Shown here piece after piece: positions 11,217 through 24,700 of a DNA stretch of 64,000 bases. The stretch is from the NCBI GenBank assembly GCA_047967505.1, contig CM106538.1; one strand, written 5' to 3'. A model generated the notes under the pieces. The model saw only the letters and a program-made list of their open reading frames with translations. It ran no database searches and was not told the DNA's origin. A program made the translations under genes and the position numbers. Source of the stretch: Dipteris shenzhenensis. Lineage: Eukaryota. Within the stretch, counting starts at the first letter, position 1; each line of letters opens with the position of its first letter.

Positions 11217-14200
11217 TGGCAACAGATGATAGCCTACGGAGATGTAGATGCAATTATAGGTGTAGGCATTCGCCTCTTGGCTATCAAAATGTGAGCCGAA
11301 GGACGCATTATGTGCATTTGCAACAAGACTCCATTGGAAACTTACACGCATCAATTTTGAGGAATGTGAATGAGGAGAACTCTATTGACAATGATACTGT
11401 AGTGAATGAAGAACTCATTGAATCATCTAATCGACGGAGGTGGGTATGGTGTAGATGTGAAACTTATTGCCATGGTGGCCGCTTGGTCGCTCCATCAACT
11501 TATGCAAGGCATATGCAAGTTGATGAGCGATTTGAAACTATTGCAGAAAATCTTGGTTTGCATGCTCCACACTTTAGCTTTTCTGGACCTGAAGAAGAGG
11601 AGAATAATGAGCTTATGCATCAGATGGAAGGAAATGATGAATTTACTGATATGCATGAACAGGATAGGTTGGATGATGAAGAGGATAACATGGATGCTTT
11701 AGGAGAGGATAGGTTGGATGATGAAGAGGATAACATGGATGCTTTAGGAGAGGATAGCCATTTATCTCTCGCTGATAAAATCATACAAGGATTGATTGAG
11801 TTGCAAGTTCTTTGGGATGGACATCAAGCTTCAGTGGAGTTTCAAGATAGTATGCTTAAAATTCTATTTGGAGATATGGGTGGTCCTAGGTCTACAAAAC
11901 ATGAAGGTGCAAAAAGATCGAGTTCGAGTAAACTATTGGTCCAACTTCCAGAAACATGGGATGGAAGTCTAAATGGAATAACTGTTCCCACATGTTGGGA
12001 GCAATTAACTACTATGTTGACAAGGCTTGGAATGGTTGAATCAAAGAGATATAGAATATGTCAAGGAAAAGAGGATTCCATACATGCTCCAATACTCTAT
12101 TTACCAAGCAAAGAGGACGCTTATAGTGGTAACACTGTTGAATGCCAATGCAATAGAAATGTCACTGGAAAGAGAAAATTAATGCACGATTGTTTAACAT
12201 GTTGTGAGAAGTGTGAGAAATGTGAAGTGCCTAGAAAGGAAATGTTATGTTTTGACTACATTTCCATTGGTGAACAATTGAAACTACTTACTAAAAGTAG
12301 ATCTTTATGCCACGAATTATTGGAAATGTGGCAAAATAAAGACAAATGGTTGGTATCGGACAATTCTAATGAAAATACTAGAATTGATGAGTTTTGGGAT
12401 GGCAGTAAATGTAAAAGTGTTAAAGAGTTTTGGGATCCAGAATCGGAGTTTGAGTTGCCATTGGTATGTGAGAAGGGGTATTGCAAACAAGCTTATACAG
12501 CATGGCCATCTTCACTTAAATTGGAAGCACTTTTGGAGGGTTGGAAAGAACGTGAGAAAATTTACAAATTTGTTTGCAAGGCTTGTCGAGCTCTGATACA
12601 AGGTCCCCAAAGACTTTGTAAGGTAAATCTTCCTAATTTATACTATGTGTGGTTTCTAATTAATTTATGTTCGAGGATTACATGTAATGTTGTACTCTAA
12701 ATGTGTCTTTCTTTACATATACAGGGAGATCCATGCAATTTTTCTCTCTTATTGCATTGGGATGGGTTCCAGACATCAAGAACAACGCAGAGGAATTGTG
12801 GCATCATCGAGATAAAGGTTCTCAATTGTGGAAAGAAGTCCATAATTGGAGCAATACCAGTCTTGTTCATTCCATTTAGTTGCAAAAAAATTATAGGAAG
12901 CTCAAGCAAACTCTTTTATGTTTTTATGAAACCTTTGATAGATGAATTAGAAAGTTTGTTCATAGATGGAATTGATATAGATTTCAATTATCCAATGCCT
13001 TTAATTTTTGGGCGTGATAGCTCTTTTTCCCAAACCTTCAAAGCACGTGCTATGCTTATGATGGTGACTGGTGATCATCTAGCTCAATGTAAGATTGGAG
13101 CTTTTAAAGATGGTGGCCAAGCTTTTTGTCGTAGAGACAAACCTATAGCTACTTTAGAATGTGAAGGATCAAGTCGATACCTTTATGACGAAAATAGATT
13201 CCAATTCAAATATGCTCCAGCCAAGAGGTCGACAAAAGATATGTTGAGAGACTTGCTTCTTGCAGAGCGAGCAAGCACTCAAACGCAATGTGAAGACATT
13301 CTCAAAGAGGTTGGTCTTTTAGGTAGATCATGTCTATGGAGATTATATGATCTTTATGGGTTCGATTTATCTTTTGATCTTGTGTACGATTGTATGCACA
13401 TACTAGCATTTGAATATGTTTTCAAAGTACATGAGCTCTTTAATGAGAGATATCGATAATAGAGTGAAGAAAGAAATCGATGAAGCAACTCATAGAATGA
13501 CATTGGCCACACCTTATTCCATCCGATATGGTCGATGGCCAAGGTTTCCTAGCAAGCATTTTGAGAGTTACAAGGCAGAGGAAACACAAAAGTTCGTACA
13601 ATGGTGTCTTCCTTATGTCCTGAGTGAAGTCCAAGGTATTCCTTAGAAATTCTATGATTTGGGTCTCTTGATCATAGATATTGCTCATGCCTTTTATAAC
13701 TATACTAGAAGTAATGGCTGGTCTCAAGAAGACATAAACACTCTGAGGGTATTGCTTGCTTCTTGGAGAGTAAGATCAGAAGAGTGGATTGGAAGAAACT
13801 CAGCTCCATTAGAGCATGTTGCAGGTTTCAGAGAATTTCTTGATGATATTTTGTGACATGGCAGCCACGATGGGTTTTGGTGCTACATATATGAGCGTAT
13901 GGTCTCAACATATGCTAGCATCAAAACAAACAATAAGGACAATGAGATTTCATATGCAAACTATCATCGAAGGAGATTTTTCACATGGGTCTTTCTACAT
14001 AATCAAGAAGATGCTGATAGGTTGTTTCCTCATCAAAGGATGTTGAAAGAGTTTCATGGAGTTCTTTCAGTCCCAGATGGATATTTAGTGGATAAACATG
14101 GATGTTATGACTATCCTCAACGGCATTCATTAGGATTGATACATCTATCATCCATTGAAAAAGCGAAACATTTATGGAGTTTAGCTACATTGCATGCGAA

Positions 14201-15054
14201 AGACTATCCTTGCCAAAGAGTCATTGGCCAAAAGGGTATTGTAATAGCAAGAAAGAAGCCAAAAGTTAGATATGCAACAAGTGAGGAAAGAAGGTATGTA
14301 GAGCAAAATCTTCAATTTGGGATTTAGAGAGTAACATAATACAAGAAAATTATGTTCAAGGGTGAGGTTTATAAGATTGAAGATAAGGTTATCGTAAAGT
14401 CTGAAGAGGATGCAACATTAGTCTCTAGTGTGGGACACTAGAAAGCGTGTATAGCATCGTTTTTTTCCTTTCAGCAATAATGGCGACATGCAACTATTCT
14501 TTGGAGCACACTACTATAGGTAGCGCATTGTTGTTGAAAGAGGATATGAAAGATTAGATGTTGATGGCACCACTGGCATGAGTGTCCTACAAAATGCATA
14601 TTTGCCATACACCTGGAATTGTATAAGGCCAATTAGTTCTTTATTGCATAAGTTTATTCCTCTACAGCATGGAGGTGGTATCATTGCATATGAGACAAAA
14701 GATTTAGGATTGAGAACACGTTTAATCCAGCCTGGTTGCATTGGATGTATTCCTCCTTGGCTAGAGGAGAATGATATTGTTTTATTGAAGTCTTATCTTG
14801 ATACAATATGCTCACCAAATGATCTCAAGTATGCCATTGTCAGAGATGTGGATCACACGCTAAATCAAGTTAAAGTAGCATGGCTACAGCTGGTTCACTC
14901 TGAGGAAAAGAGACGGAAGGTCTCGATGGAAGACAACGAATGGAAGGATTGGTGGTTTTGTGTGTCTGTCAAAGAGACGTGGAAAGTTATGAAGACAAAG
15001 AACATGGTAGTTCAGGGCAAAGCCAAGATAGTTCCTATCATGTGGCAATCTTAG
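11217..15054 (+). pseudogene. CMC/EnSpm (CACTA)-superfamily DDE transposase, decayed; intron 12623-12724
   Basis: Motifs FDYISIGEQL, IDEFWDG, K|GDPCNFSLLLHWDGFQ, FMKPLIDELESL, MMVTGDHLAQCK, LYGFDLSFDLVYDCMHIL, YKAEE, FWCYIYERMV...IKTNNK. Frameshift near 13410; stops at 13644, 13854 (probable CGA>TGA) and 14325. Confidence 0.85.
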
Positions 15055-15218
15055 GCATGTAGCTAGGATACATGAAGTTAACATCATTCAAGGAATTCGA
15101 AAACAAATTTGGTATGTATTTGTATTTGATTTCCTTTTACATCTATTTCTATTTTGTGTGTTTTTATTTGATACTAACAATAACTTTACTTTTTTATGCT
15201 TATGTTGTGCATGCTCAA

Positions 15219-18205
15219 GATGGCTAGCAACAACATGGACATGGCGGCGCTACTAAAGAAAATGATGAGTGAAGATGCAAGTTTCCTTGGACTCATGGAT
15301 TCCATGGTTAGTTCAATTAAAGGTATGTCATTTTTTGTTGGATTTATGTTATGCATTTTGAGAAAGAAGGGGTTGAACATGTATGTTATGCTGATTTTGT
15401 AAGCATGTATGTTATGCATTTGGAGAAAAAAGGTGGCTGAATTTATAGCATGTATGTTTTTGCCTTTGGATGCAAGGGAGGGGGTTGAATATATGGGAGA
15501 AGGGGGCTGAATATATGGGAGAAGGGGGCTGAATTTATGGCATGTATGTTTATGCTTTTGGATGTAAGGGAGGGGGCTGAATTTATGCATTTGGATTTAA
15601 GGGAGAAGGTTGAATTTACGCATTTGGATTTAAGGGAGAAGGCTGAATTTTTGGGTGAAGAGAACTGTTTTATGAATTTATGGGCTGTATTCATTGCATT
15701 TAGAGAAAGAAGGGGCTGATTTGTAAGCATGTATGTTATACACTTGGAGAATCTAGGTGGCTGAATATATAGGGAAAATGCCTATGGGAGATGCATCAAA
15801 GGATGTGTCCTTCAAAGAGAACAAGGAGCGTCTCCCTTTGCAAGATAAATCTCAAGTTTCTGTTCCTCCGATCTCAGGGGCAAGTTTTACACCTACATAT
15901 GATGAGGTGTTTAAACCACCCAAAATGAATAGTAGGGATAAGAACAAGCTATATGGGAAAGAGCTCCTAGAAAAGTGCTTTAGAGGCCAGCATTCTCTAT
16001 TGTTAGAGAACTACTGTCGTGTACGAAGGTGGTTCGAGGGAATAGAGACTGTTATAGATCTACGGCATAAAAAGGAAGAACAACAACATATTAAAGGCAT
16101 CATCCATGAGCGTCATCATGAGATAGTGCCTCTAAAGTTTAGTGGAGTTGAATATAGCTGGAGAGAGGAAAAGATATACAGGTGGTGGATCTCCTCAAAG
16201 AAGTCTAGCAGGAAATACTCGAAGAAGAGGAGCCTTGTAAATAATGTGAGTTGGCCTTTCAATTATGTGATATTTTATAAAACTATATATTTGTAATATA
16301 GATATGATCTAGTCAATGTATTCTATTGTGTTTCAAAGGACGAAATGAGCAAAGTTCAGAGAAATCTAGAGCTTGAAGCAACTAGTCCTTGTATTGACAA
16401 GTCTCCACATAATTCAATTTTAAAGAAGGTATGTTCAATACATTTAATGGTTCTCTAGCATGAAGTAAAAATTTTGTATTTATTTGCATAATTTGTGCCA
16501 CTTCTTACTTGGATTATTTAACTCTTTAGCAGTCTATTAGAGATTCTATTTCTATTAGAGGGGAATTTCATGAACAAGGATATTCAACATCTCAGGTTGT
16601 TGACGCATTTGAAAGATATGTTTTTCTAAGAAAAATTAAGAATATCGTATACCAATTGAACTAAGTTCTCATTCCTTTGGATTTCAAAGTGATATATAAG
16701 AGTTTAATAAAATTTTGTATGTCTATTTGAAACTTTTTAGAGATATATGGAGCCTCAAGCAACTACTCCTTGTATTGACGAGTCTCCATGTAATCCGATT
16801 TCAGAGAAGGTATGCTTATATTAATACCTTGAATGGTTCTCTACTTTTAGTAAAAAATTATACTTTTTCGTGTAATTTATGTGACATCTTACTTGGATTA
16901 TTTAATTCATTGGCAGTCTATTGGAAATTCAGTTTCTATTGGAGGAGAATTTTATGGACAAGGATGTCCAACATCTGAGGTTGTTGAAGCATTTCCAATA
17001 AAAGATATGTTTTTAATTTTATAAAGAATATAAAATGTTTTCTTTAATAAAATCATATGTTCTTTTGTGTAGATAGATAAGTTCATGGCGAAGAGATTAG
17101 AAGGGTTTGAGTATTATCACTCTGATCAGGTGTGTAAGTTTCAATCATGAGTTTTCTTCTATTTTGAAAAAATATTATTAACCATTCAGTTATTCACAAT
17201 TCATCTATCTTGAATATTTTATATCAGGATTCTTATGGTGAAGCGAATGCTGATATGAATGAGATGACATTTTCTAAGATGCTTCATGGTGACATCACTA
17301 CAAATAAAGATAAGGTATGAATTGCCTTTATCTTTTAGATATGCTTATGATTGAAGCTATTTTCTTTGATTTAATTGTGATCAGCATCTTCTTTTTAGAC
17401 AAATTTTAATTTAATTTTGTCATATTTTTAGGATCCAATATCAAATGTGATTGATTCTACGAATGAAATGTCTAGAAAAAGTGAACGAAAGAGAAAGGTA
17501 AAAGTTTTCATTTATGCAATACCCTTTAAAAGTAAAGCAAGTACTTTGTATGCTTGTATTTTTACATAATTCTTTCCAATGGCATTAACACTACTTGTTG
17601 TTTATCATTCATAGGTGAGTGAAAAAATGAGAGATCACTTAGAACAGAAGATTGTGCAAAGAAGTGATAAATGCCAAGGAAAGAGATGCAAGGTATTCTT
17701 ATATTTAGAATTTATTTTCTATGATTTGAAGTCTTTATACCTTGATTTTAATCTCAATTTTTTATTTGAATTAGAACTTAAAAGATATTCAAGGTACAGA
17801 CATGGAGGTGACTACGATTTCAAGCGAGTATAAAAGAGTATGTAACAGCCTTTTACATTAGGCTTGATTATTTAAATCATTTGCTTCGAATTTGTTAATA
17901 TATTGTCACTTGTTATGTTATTATGCCCTCAGGTGGATGACATTTCAGAAGAAAATATGGAGACGATACTTTTGAAATACATGGGAGTCCACACAATTCA
18001 TGACATGTACTTTTCCTTAAAAAGTACATATGTGAAGCTTAAAAAGATGGAGAGTAGCTTCAAATAGTACTCTACAGACATCAAGAAACTAGCCAGTAAC
18101 ATTATGATAAGGGACATTGTGCATTGGCTTATTGAAAGTCAAAAAGTTAGATTCATGGAAAAATCTGATGTGCTTAGTTTAGAAGATATAGAGATTTTGA
18201 TATGA
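15219..18205 (+). pseudogene. Multi-exon second (accessory) gene of the CMC-like transposon
   Basis: ATG at 15219 with donor near 15322; large exon about 15757-16245; series of short GT-AG-bounded exons in AT-rich introns (about 16339, 16741, 17072, 17229, 17432, 17614); last exon 17933-18205 with one in-frame TAG. Paralogous to 420-671. Confidence 0.65.
15415..15770 (+). repeat. Intronic minisatellite (agaagggggctgaat..atg)
   Basis: About 8-9 degenerate copies of the agaagg(gg)gctgaat motif. Confidence 0.8.
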
Positions 18206-18280
18206 CATTTAACTTGATTCAAATAAGTCTTTAAAGATGTTATGTAGAGCTCTTCTAGCTCTCTTTGGTTGTCTTATATT

Positions 18281-18440
18281 TCTCTCGGGGGGGTCACTCA
18301 TCATATGTAACACTATCACGTGAGTTCAACAGAAGGATTTTTTTTATTTCTAAAATTTACAGAAATAAATATACATAAGGGACTATTTAAAACAGTTTTG
18401 GAAAAAATTTACGAAAAGGGGTACATTTTATTAATGAAAA
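18281..18440 (-). mobile_element. Partial inverted copy of the MITE at 20842-21092
   Basis: ctcgggggggtcactcatcatatgtaacactatcacgtgagttcaacagaagga... is the near-exact reverse complement of about 20925-21090. Confidence 0.85.
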
Positions 18441-18509
18441 CATATAAAAATGTGAAACATGAGTGCTTCATTTCTTAAATGATATAACTTACACAAAATC
18501 ACTTATTTC

Positions 18510-18930
18510 GCGTTCTCCCTATATAGGGAAATAGAAGATTCTCAATATTGTTTACTAGTTCATAACCAGGAAGTTTGCAAACTATGAAAAATGGGGCATT
18601 TTCTAGTTTGTCTTACAAAGAAAAAGAGGATTCTCTATATCATTTACTAGACTATAACTAGGAAGTGTGCAAACTAGGGAAAATGGAACATTTCCTAGTT
18701 AGACTATGTAGGGAATTACTAATGAATTTCATTATCTAGGAAAATTTTCCTATATGGTGAAATTCTCTAATGATTCCCTCCATTGACTTATACATAGGGA
18801 ATTTTTTGATTGATTCCCAAGATAAGGTAACTAGGAAGTGTTCCATTTTCTCTAGTTTGCACACTTACTAGTTATGTTCATTTCAAACTAGTAAATGATA
18901 TAGAGAATCCTCTTCTTTTCCTATACAGAG
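18510..18930. repeat. Foldback repeat cluster (subterminal repeats or MITE)
   Basis: ~95-bp unit in two direct copies (about 18515-18608 and 18610-18700) and one inverted copy (about 18829-18930). Confidence 0.75.
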
Positions 18931-19815
18931 GATGTCTCAAAGTTCCTTGTGCAAGAGCTTATATGACATAACATCTCATTCATCTTTCTCGTCAGCTTCA
19001 CCTTGATCAATGTTCATTTGCTTCGACCTTCATTTTCTTCGCCTCCTTCTACACTGTTCTGTATCTCCATGTTTCATCTTGATTTTCCGTCTCCCACTTC
19101 TTTTTCTCTTCTTCTTCATCATACCTCGTGACTATTATTTTGTGGCAAACCTCATTGCCTCTTTACCCCTGCTGTAAATATTCCTAAAAGCTAATGTCTA
19201 CAAAGTGTGTTTACACTCCTATTAAATTTACTTTTGCACTAGCTCCAATGATTCTCAAGAAAAGCCCACATGATTCCAAACATGTAAAAACTTTCCTCCA
19301 TACAAGATAGATTTAGATAATCATTTAGCGCGTTCTATGTGTCTTTTGGTGTCTCTTTCTATCTAGTGTGAGAGAGAGATTTCACCTCCCAAAAAAAGGT
19401 GTGATTAAAAAAAAAAGTGTGCAGTTTCACCAAAAAATGTGTGTGTGTGTGCGCGTGCCTTTTGTGCATGAGAAAGGTGTAGCAAAAATATTTTTGGATT
19501 ATGATCAGGTTACACTCAAAGGATTTCATTCGATTTTAGAGTTCAAAGACCATGGTTCTTCATTTGATCCACAATTACTTCTCTTGAGTTTACACATTAC
19601 GTCACCCATATGAAAGTATTTAATCATGAAATCAAGAAGGTTGGAACTTGGGGAGGGAGGAAGTGCTCAAGAGTTGAGGAATGACTAGGGTGATTGATGC
19701 GATGCGTGAAACTCATCTCAAAATTGTAGAATAAAGTTTACATGAATCAAAACATGACACCTAGCACATGATTTATGATTAGAAGTGTCATTCACAGGGA
19801 GAAAATAGCATGGAA

Positions 19816-20047
19816 CACTATATTAGGGAATTTTCAAATAGTTTGGGACTTCCGAATATGGTTAAGATTTGGCCACACGGTCAAATTTGAACCCATTACT
19901 TGAAAGTGTAGTCCATCCTAAGAACCATATTAGGGAATCCTCCCAAGTCCCACTTTCAAATAAGGTCACGTTTTGGCAACATCGTCAAATCTTAACCCTT
20001 TACTTGAAAGTGGGACTTGAGATATTTCCAAATTATCCAATATAGTG
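19816..20047. mobile_element. Small CACTA-ended foldback element (MITE)
   Basis: Ends CACTATATT...AATATAGTG; internal inverted repeat caagtcccactttcaa / ttgaaagtgggacttg; no clear TSD. Confidence 0.6.
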
Positions 20048-20841
20048 TTATGGATCTTGCATTGATTATATGAGAAAAAGTCATTTCATGAATCAAAGCC
20101 ATGATAGATCATGAAGGAATGTATTTTTAACACTAAAAAGGAAATGCATGTTAATCGTATGGACATGTCTCAAATAGTATTTGGGATAGGAGTCATGCAC
20201 TATGAAAGTAATTGTAAGCATGAAATCTAAAACACATGTTATATTAACTCAAAGGAATCTAGCATAGTAATTATGTGCATTGATTATGAAATGTTTTGCA
20301 TGAGGATTCAAATCACATATTATTTGTATGCGAAATTGTAAATGGATTTTATATAATGTCCATTTGAGACATATGAAAGTGCCTTTTTCATGCATATGAA
20401 TTTCTAGGTCTCTATAGATAATGTAAATAATCACTTTGGTTATTTGCATATGTTTTAAATTGCAAGATTGCAAATTGGAGGAGAATGGATCAAGAATGTC
20501 CAATAGCAACCAAGAAGAAGAAAAAGAGCAAGAGATAGTAGCTTGCAGAAAGAGGTATGGTAGCTTTTGTAAATGCCTTGACACAACATTGTAAAAAAGG
20601 AAAGATTCACGCAAAATGATTTTGCAATCATCTAGTGAAACAGTCTAATTAACTTCATACATAATGAGCTTCCATTTGAAAAAAAGAGAGAGGAAGAGAC
20701 AAGAAAACCTAGAAACACGACATAGAGATGGAAGTTAAACAGATTGATGCTAGAGGCATGTGGAGACAAGTTATATGCTTGAGACATCGATTAGGTCAAG
20801 GGTTTGGAAGGTGGTGATTCTCTCCGAATAAGCCCGTGAGC

Positions 20842-21092
20842 TATCTCGGGGGGTTCACTATGCATAAACCCTCTATATCACGTGCATTCAAGGCCTATAT
20901 TTAAAATCCCTTATATTGAAATTTTTCATTAATAAAATGTACCCCTTTTCTATACAAATCTGTAAATTTTTTCCAAAACTATTTAAAATAGTCCCTTATG
21001 TATATTTATTTCTGTAAATTTTAGAAATAAAAAATATCCTTCTGTTGAACTCACGTGATAGGGTTACATATGATGAGTGACCCCCCTGAGTG
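20842..21092. mobile_element. ~250-bp MITE with G6/C6 TIRs
   Basis: tatctcggggggttcact...agtgacccccctgagtg, flanked by agc on both sides; an empty-site paralog (ataagcccgtgagcttct) lies near 21248. Confidence 0.75.
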
Positions 21093-21779
21093 AGCTATTG
21101 TGGTTTTTTATACGTTGGTACTCCATGCCATTGTGTGAGTCGATTAGCATGGAAAATTATTGGATCCAATATTAGGTATCAATGCTTCCACATGGCTTAG
21201 GTCAAGATGTGTGGAGGGTGTGTGGCAGGTGGCAATTCTCTCTAAAATAAGCCCGTGAGCTTCTATGCTTTTTTATACATTGGTACTACTTACTATTGTG
21301 TGAGTCGATTAGCATGGAAGATTATTGGATCTAATATTAGGTATCAAAGCTTCCACAATGCGTTTCAAAACATCATTAACAGATTCTCCATGCCCCTATC
21401 ATGAATTAGGTTTTGATACCAAATAACCTTGTATTAATGGAAAATAACATGAAAGCTTTAATGCACTAAAGAAAGTAATTGTTGAAGGGCATGCATTAAA
21501 GATTTTTGACCTCCAAAAAGGGTCTAAAACTCACTTTTCGAGCACTTTTTTAAGAAACGAAGCCAAGTGGTAGTGTGGTAGGAGAAACTTTACTTCAAGA
21601 GGTATGGGCCTTGCCCCTACAGGGAACCCCTCAAGGGCCATATCATCAATTTTATTTTCTAAAAGTTAATTGTATTTTTCTAGATGTATCTCCATGCAAC
21701 CATCGTGGTGGGTTGTTGGAGCTATTTTAGCGCTATTTTGGTCCTAAACCAAGAAAAATGTAGTCCTACTTTACTAGAA

Positions 21780-24700
21780 TTTTAGTCCTTGTTGCAATAA
21801 ATCCTAAATGAGGGCAAAAGTATTCCAAGCCATGGTGGTGACTGGAGGCCCGGTGGTATCTACATCCAATAATAGGTTGTATAAAAATTAACAACAATTT
21901 ATATTGAGAGCTTCATGGAGCAAAAATTGAACAAAATATCTTACATTTATTAAAACTTAGCAATTATTGAGAGCCTTAGAGGCCAAAAGATTACATCTAG
22001 CGAGCATAACCACTCAACCATTGCTGAGTGGTTTATATAAAAATTAACAATAGTCTATATTGAGAGCCTCATGGAGAAAAAATTGAATAAAAGAGATTAC
22101 ATTTGTAAAAACTCAGCAATTGCTTAGAGCCTTAGAGGCCAAAAGATTACATCCAACCATTGCTGAGTAGTTATGAGCCTCGTTGAGCAAGAGGATATTT
22201 GTACAACTCAGTATTGCCGATTGTTGATAGCAAGAGGATATTTTTACAACTTTGCCACCAGCCCAGCTTGCTATATTTAAATTTTTTGGAGAGCCGATGG
22301 AGGAGACAATAGAGAGGTCGAAGACCGTGCACATTGCAAGACTCAGAATATGCCTCTCCCAATGAGACAAGAGAGCTCTGCTGTGAAAATCCTTAGCCCT
22401 TCTTCAACATCTCCAAGAAATCCATAAAGCACATCCATATAGAGGCCAGAGGTGTGCATGCCATTCAAAGGTCATAACATGTAGATGTGGGGGGAATCAT
22501 TCAAGGGAACGAAGAGATTCCACAAGTGCGAGTACAAGTGGTTTATATAAAAATTAACAATAGTCTATACAGAGAGCCTCATAAAGCAAAAATTGAACAA
22601 AAGAGATTACATTTATAAAAACTTGGAAATTGTTGAGAGCCTTAGAGGCCAAAAGATTGCATCCAGTGAACCAAAAGACTGCTAAGAGCCTTAGAGGCCA
22701 AGAGACTACATCTAGCCATTACTGAGTGGTTATGAGACTCGTTGAGCAAGAGGATATTTGTATATCTCAGTATTGCCAATTGTTGCTGATAGCAAGATCA
22801 TATTGGTATAACTCAGTATTGCCGCTAGCCCAACTTGCTACATTCAAATTTTTTGGGGAGCCAATGGAGGAGACGGTAGAGAGGCTGAAGATCGTGCACA
22901 TTGCACAAATGTAGGACTCAAATAAGGCCCCCCAACAAGACAAGAGTACTCTACTGTGAAAATCCTTAGCCCTTCATCAACGTCTCTAGGGAAACAATAG
23001 AGCACAACCATATAGAGGCCAGGGGTGTGCATTCCATTCAAGGTAGTGACATGCAAATGTGGGGGGAATCAATCAAGAGAACAGAGAGATTCCACAAGAG
23101 TGAGCATCTGAAGTCCTAATGAATGCAACACAATGACCTTATATATGAGAAGGCAGACAAGATTGGGATTGCGTTGCATCGAGGGGTGATAGTAGTAATA
23201 GGCATGGTGAAAAGAGTGGGTGAGTAGTGGAGCAAATGAGCAGGGAAGCAAATGATTGAATGAAAGTTGGTGTAGATGAGTGAATGAGAGTTGGAGAGGG
23301 GAGCGTGGAGCAAAGTAGGGCAAGGGCAGAAGAGAGCTAGAGGAGGGTGCGTGGAGAAAAGTAGCAAAGCAAGGAGGACGGATGAGAGCAAAGTAGCCAA
23401 ATGCCAAATACCATGGACCTTATATATATTACAAAGTTTGAGCCACTGTGGTGACTGGAGGCCTGGTGTGCCATCCAAATAATCATGAGCCATTTTAAAC
23501 CACCGCCTTAATTAATCAAAATTCAAGGAGGTTGCCATCCAAATAATCATGAGCCATTTTAAAGCAAAGTAGCCACATGCCAAATGCCATAGACCTTATA
23601 TTAATCAAAGTTTGAGCCACTGTGGTGACTAGAGGCCCGGTGTGCCATCCAAATAATCATGAGTCATTTTAAACCGCCGCCTTAATTAATCAAAATATGG
23701 GGAGGGTGCCATCCAAATTTAATCATGAGCCATTTTAATTGCAGGCCACTGCAATTGCTGGTAATTAACTGCTAGCCCAGTGAAATCTTAGGCATCACCC
23801 CAAATGCCACCTCGACACTGACGAGAGTGGCAATACATTACGACATGGCTGGTAATCATGAAGCAGATGCCACCATCCTGGTAATTGACTGTGGTAATTA
23901 ATTACTCTATTGAGCATGCAAGCTTGGTGATTGGTAATTAACTGCACTTTACTGATGATCATGCAAACCCCATGGTGGCAGTTGGAAGGTGAGTAATTGC
24001 ATGCCACTATGGTGTCTGGTAATTAACTGCCAGCCTGATGGAATCTTAGCCGCCACCACAGATGTGGCTAGTAATCTTAAATGCAACCTCGGAGCCACCA
24101 CCACTAGCAAGAGGTGGTAGTAATTAGCACAAACATAAATCATGAAGCCTAATCACCTCATTACCATGCAAGCCTAGTGGCTAATAATGAACTATACTCT
24201 ATTAATCATGCAAGCCTGGTGGTGGTAACTGGTGGGTGAGTAATTGTGGGCCACTACTGTGGCAGGTAATTAATTGCCATACTGGTGGAATCTTAGCCAC
24301 CACGATAGATGTGGTTGGTAATCTTAGACACCACCTCGGTGGAATCTTAAATGCCACCACTGATCACCACCACAAGTGGAAGGTGGCAGTAATTACCACA
24401 GATGTAAATCATGAAGCCTAATCACCTCTAATCACTCATTACCATGCAAGGTAGTACTGCTGCCTTGAATTAATCAAAATTCAGGCCAACCACCATGGTG
24501 GCTCTCACCTTGACAATTCCATTCCCTTCACTGTTTCATCTGATATCCATCCCACTGACTGTTTCTTTCTCCCTTGCAATTGGGCTACAAACTTAAGCCT
24601 TCACTATTCCATTCCCTTCACTATTTTGTCTTCTATCCCTCTTGACCATTTCTTTCTACTTGCACTCGGATTGCAAACTTAAGCCTCCACTATTCCATTT

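Larger units (their letters stand above)
8500..18930 (+). mobile_element. CMC/EnSpm-like DNA transposon (approximate extent; termini not identified)
   Basis: CpG-rich leader with a possible donor near 8953, then the simple-repeat tract, transposase, accessory gene and 3' repeat cluster. Confidence 0.6.

Noticed and set aside
21170-21352. PBS-like ggtatcaa(t/a)gc motifs
   Set aside because: They are part of a local duplication, with no convincing adjacent LTR end or gag.
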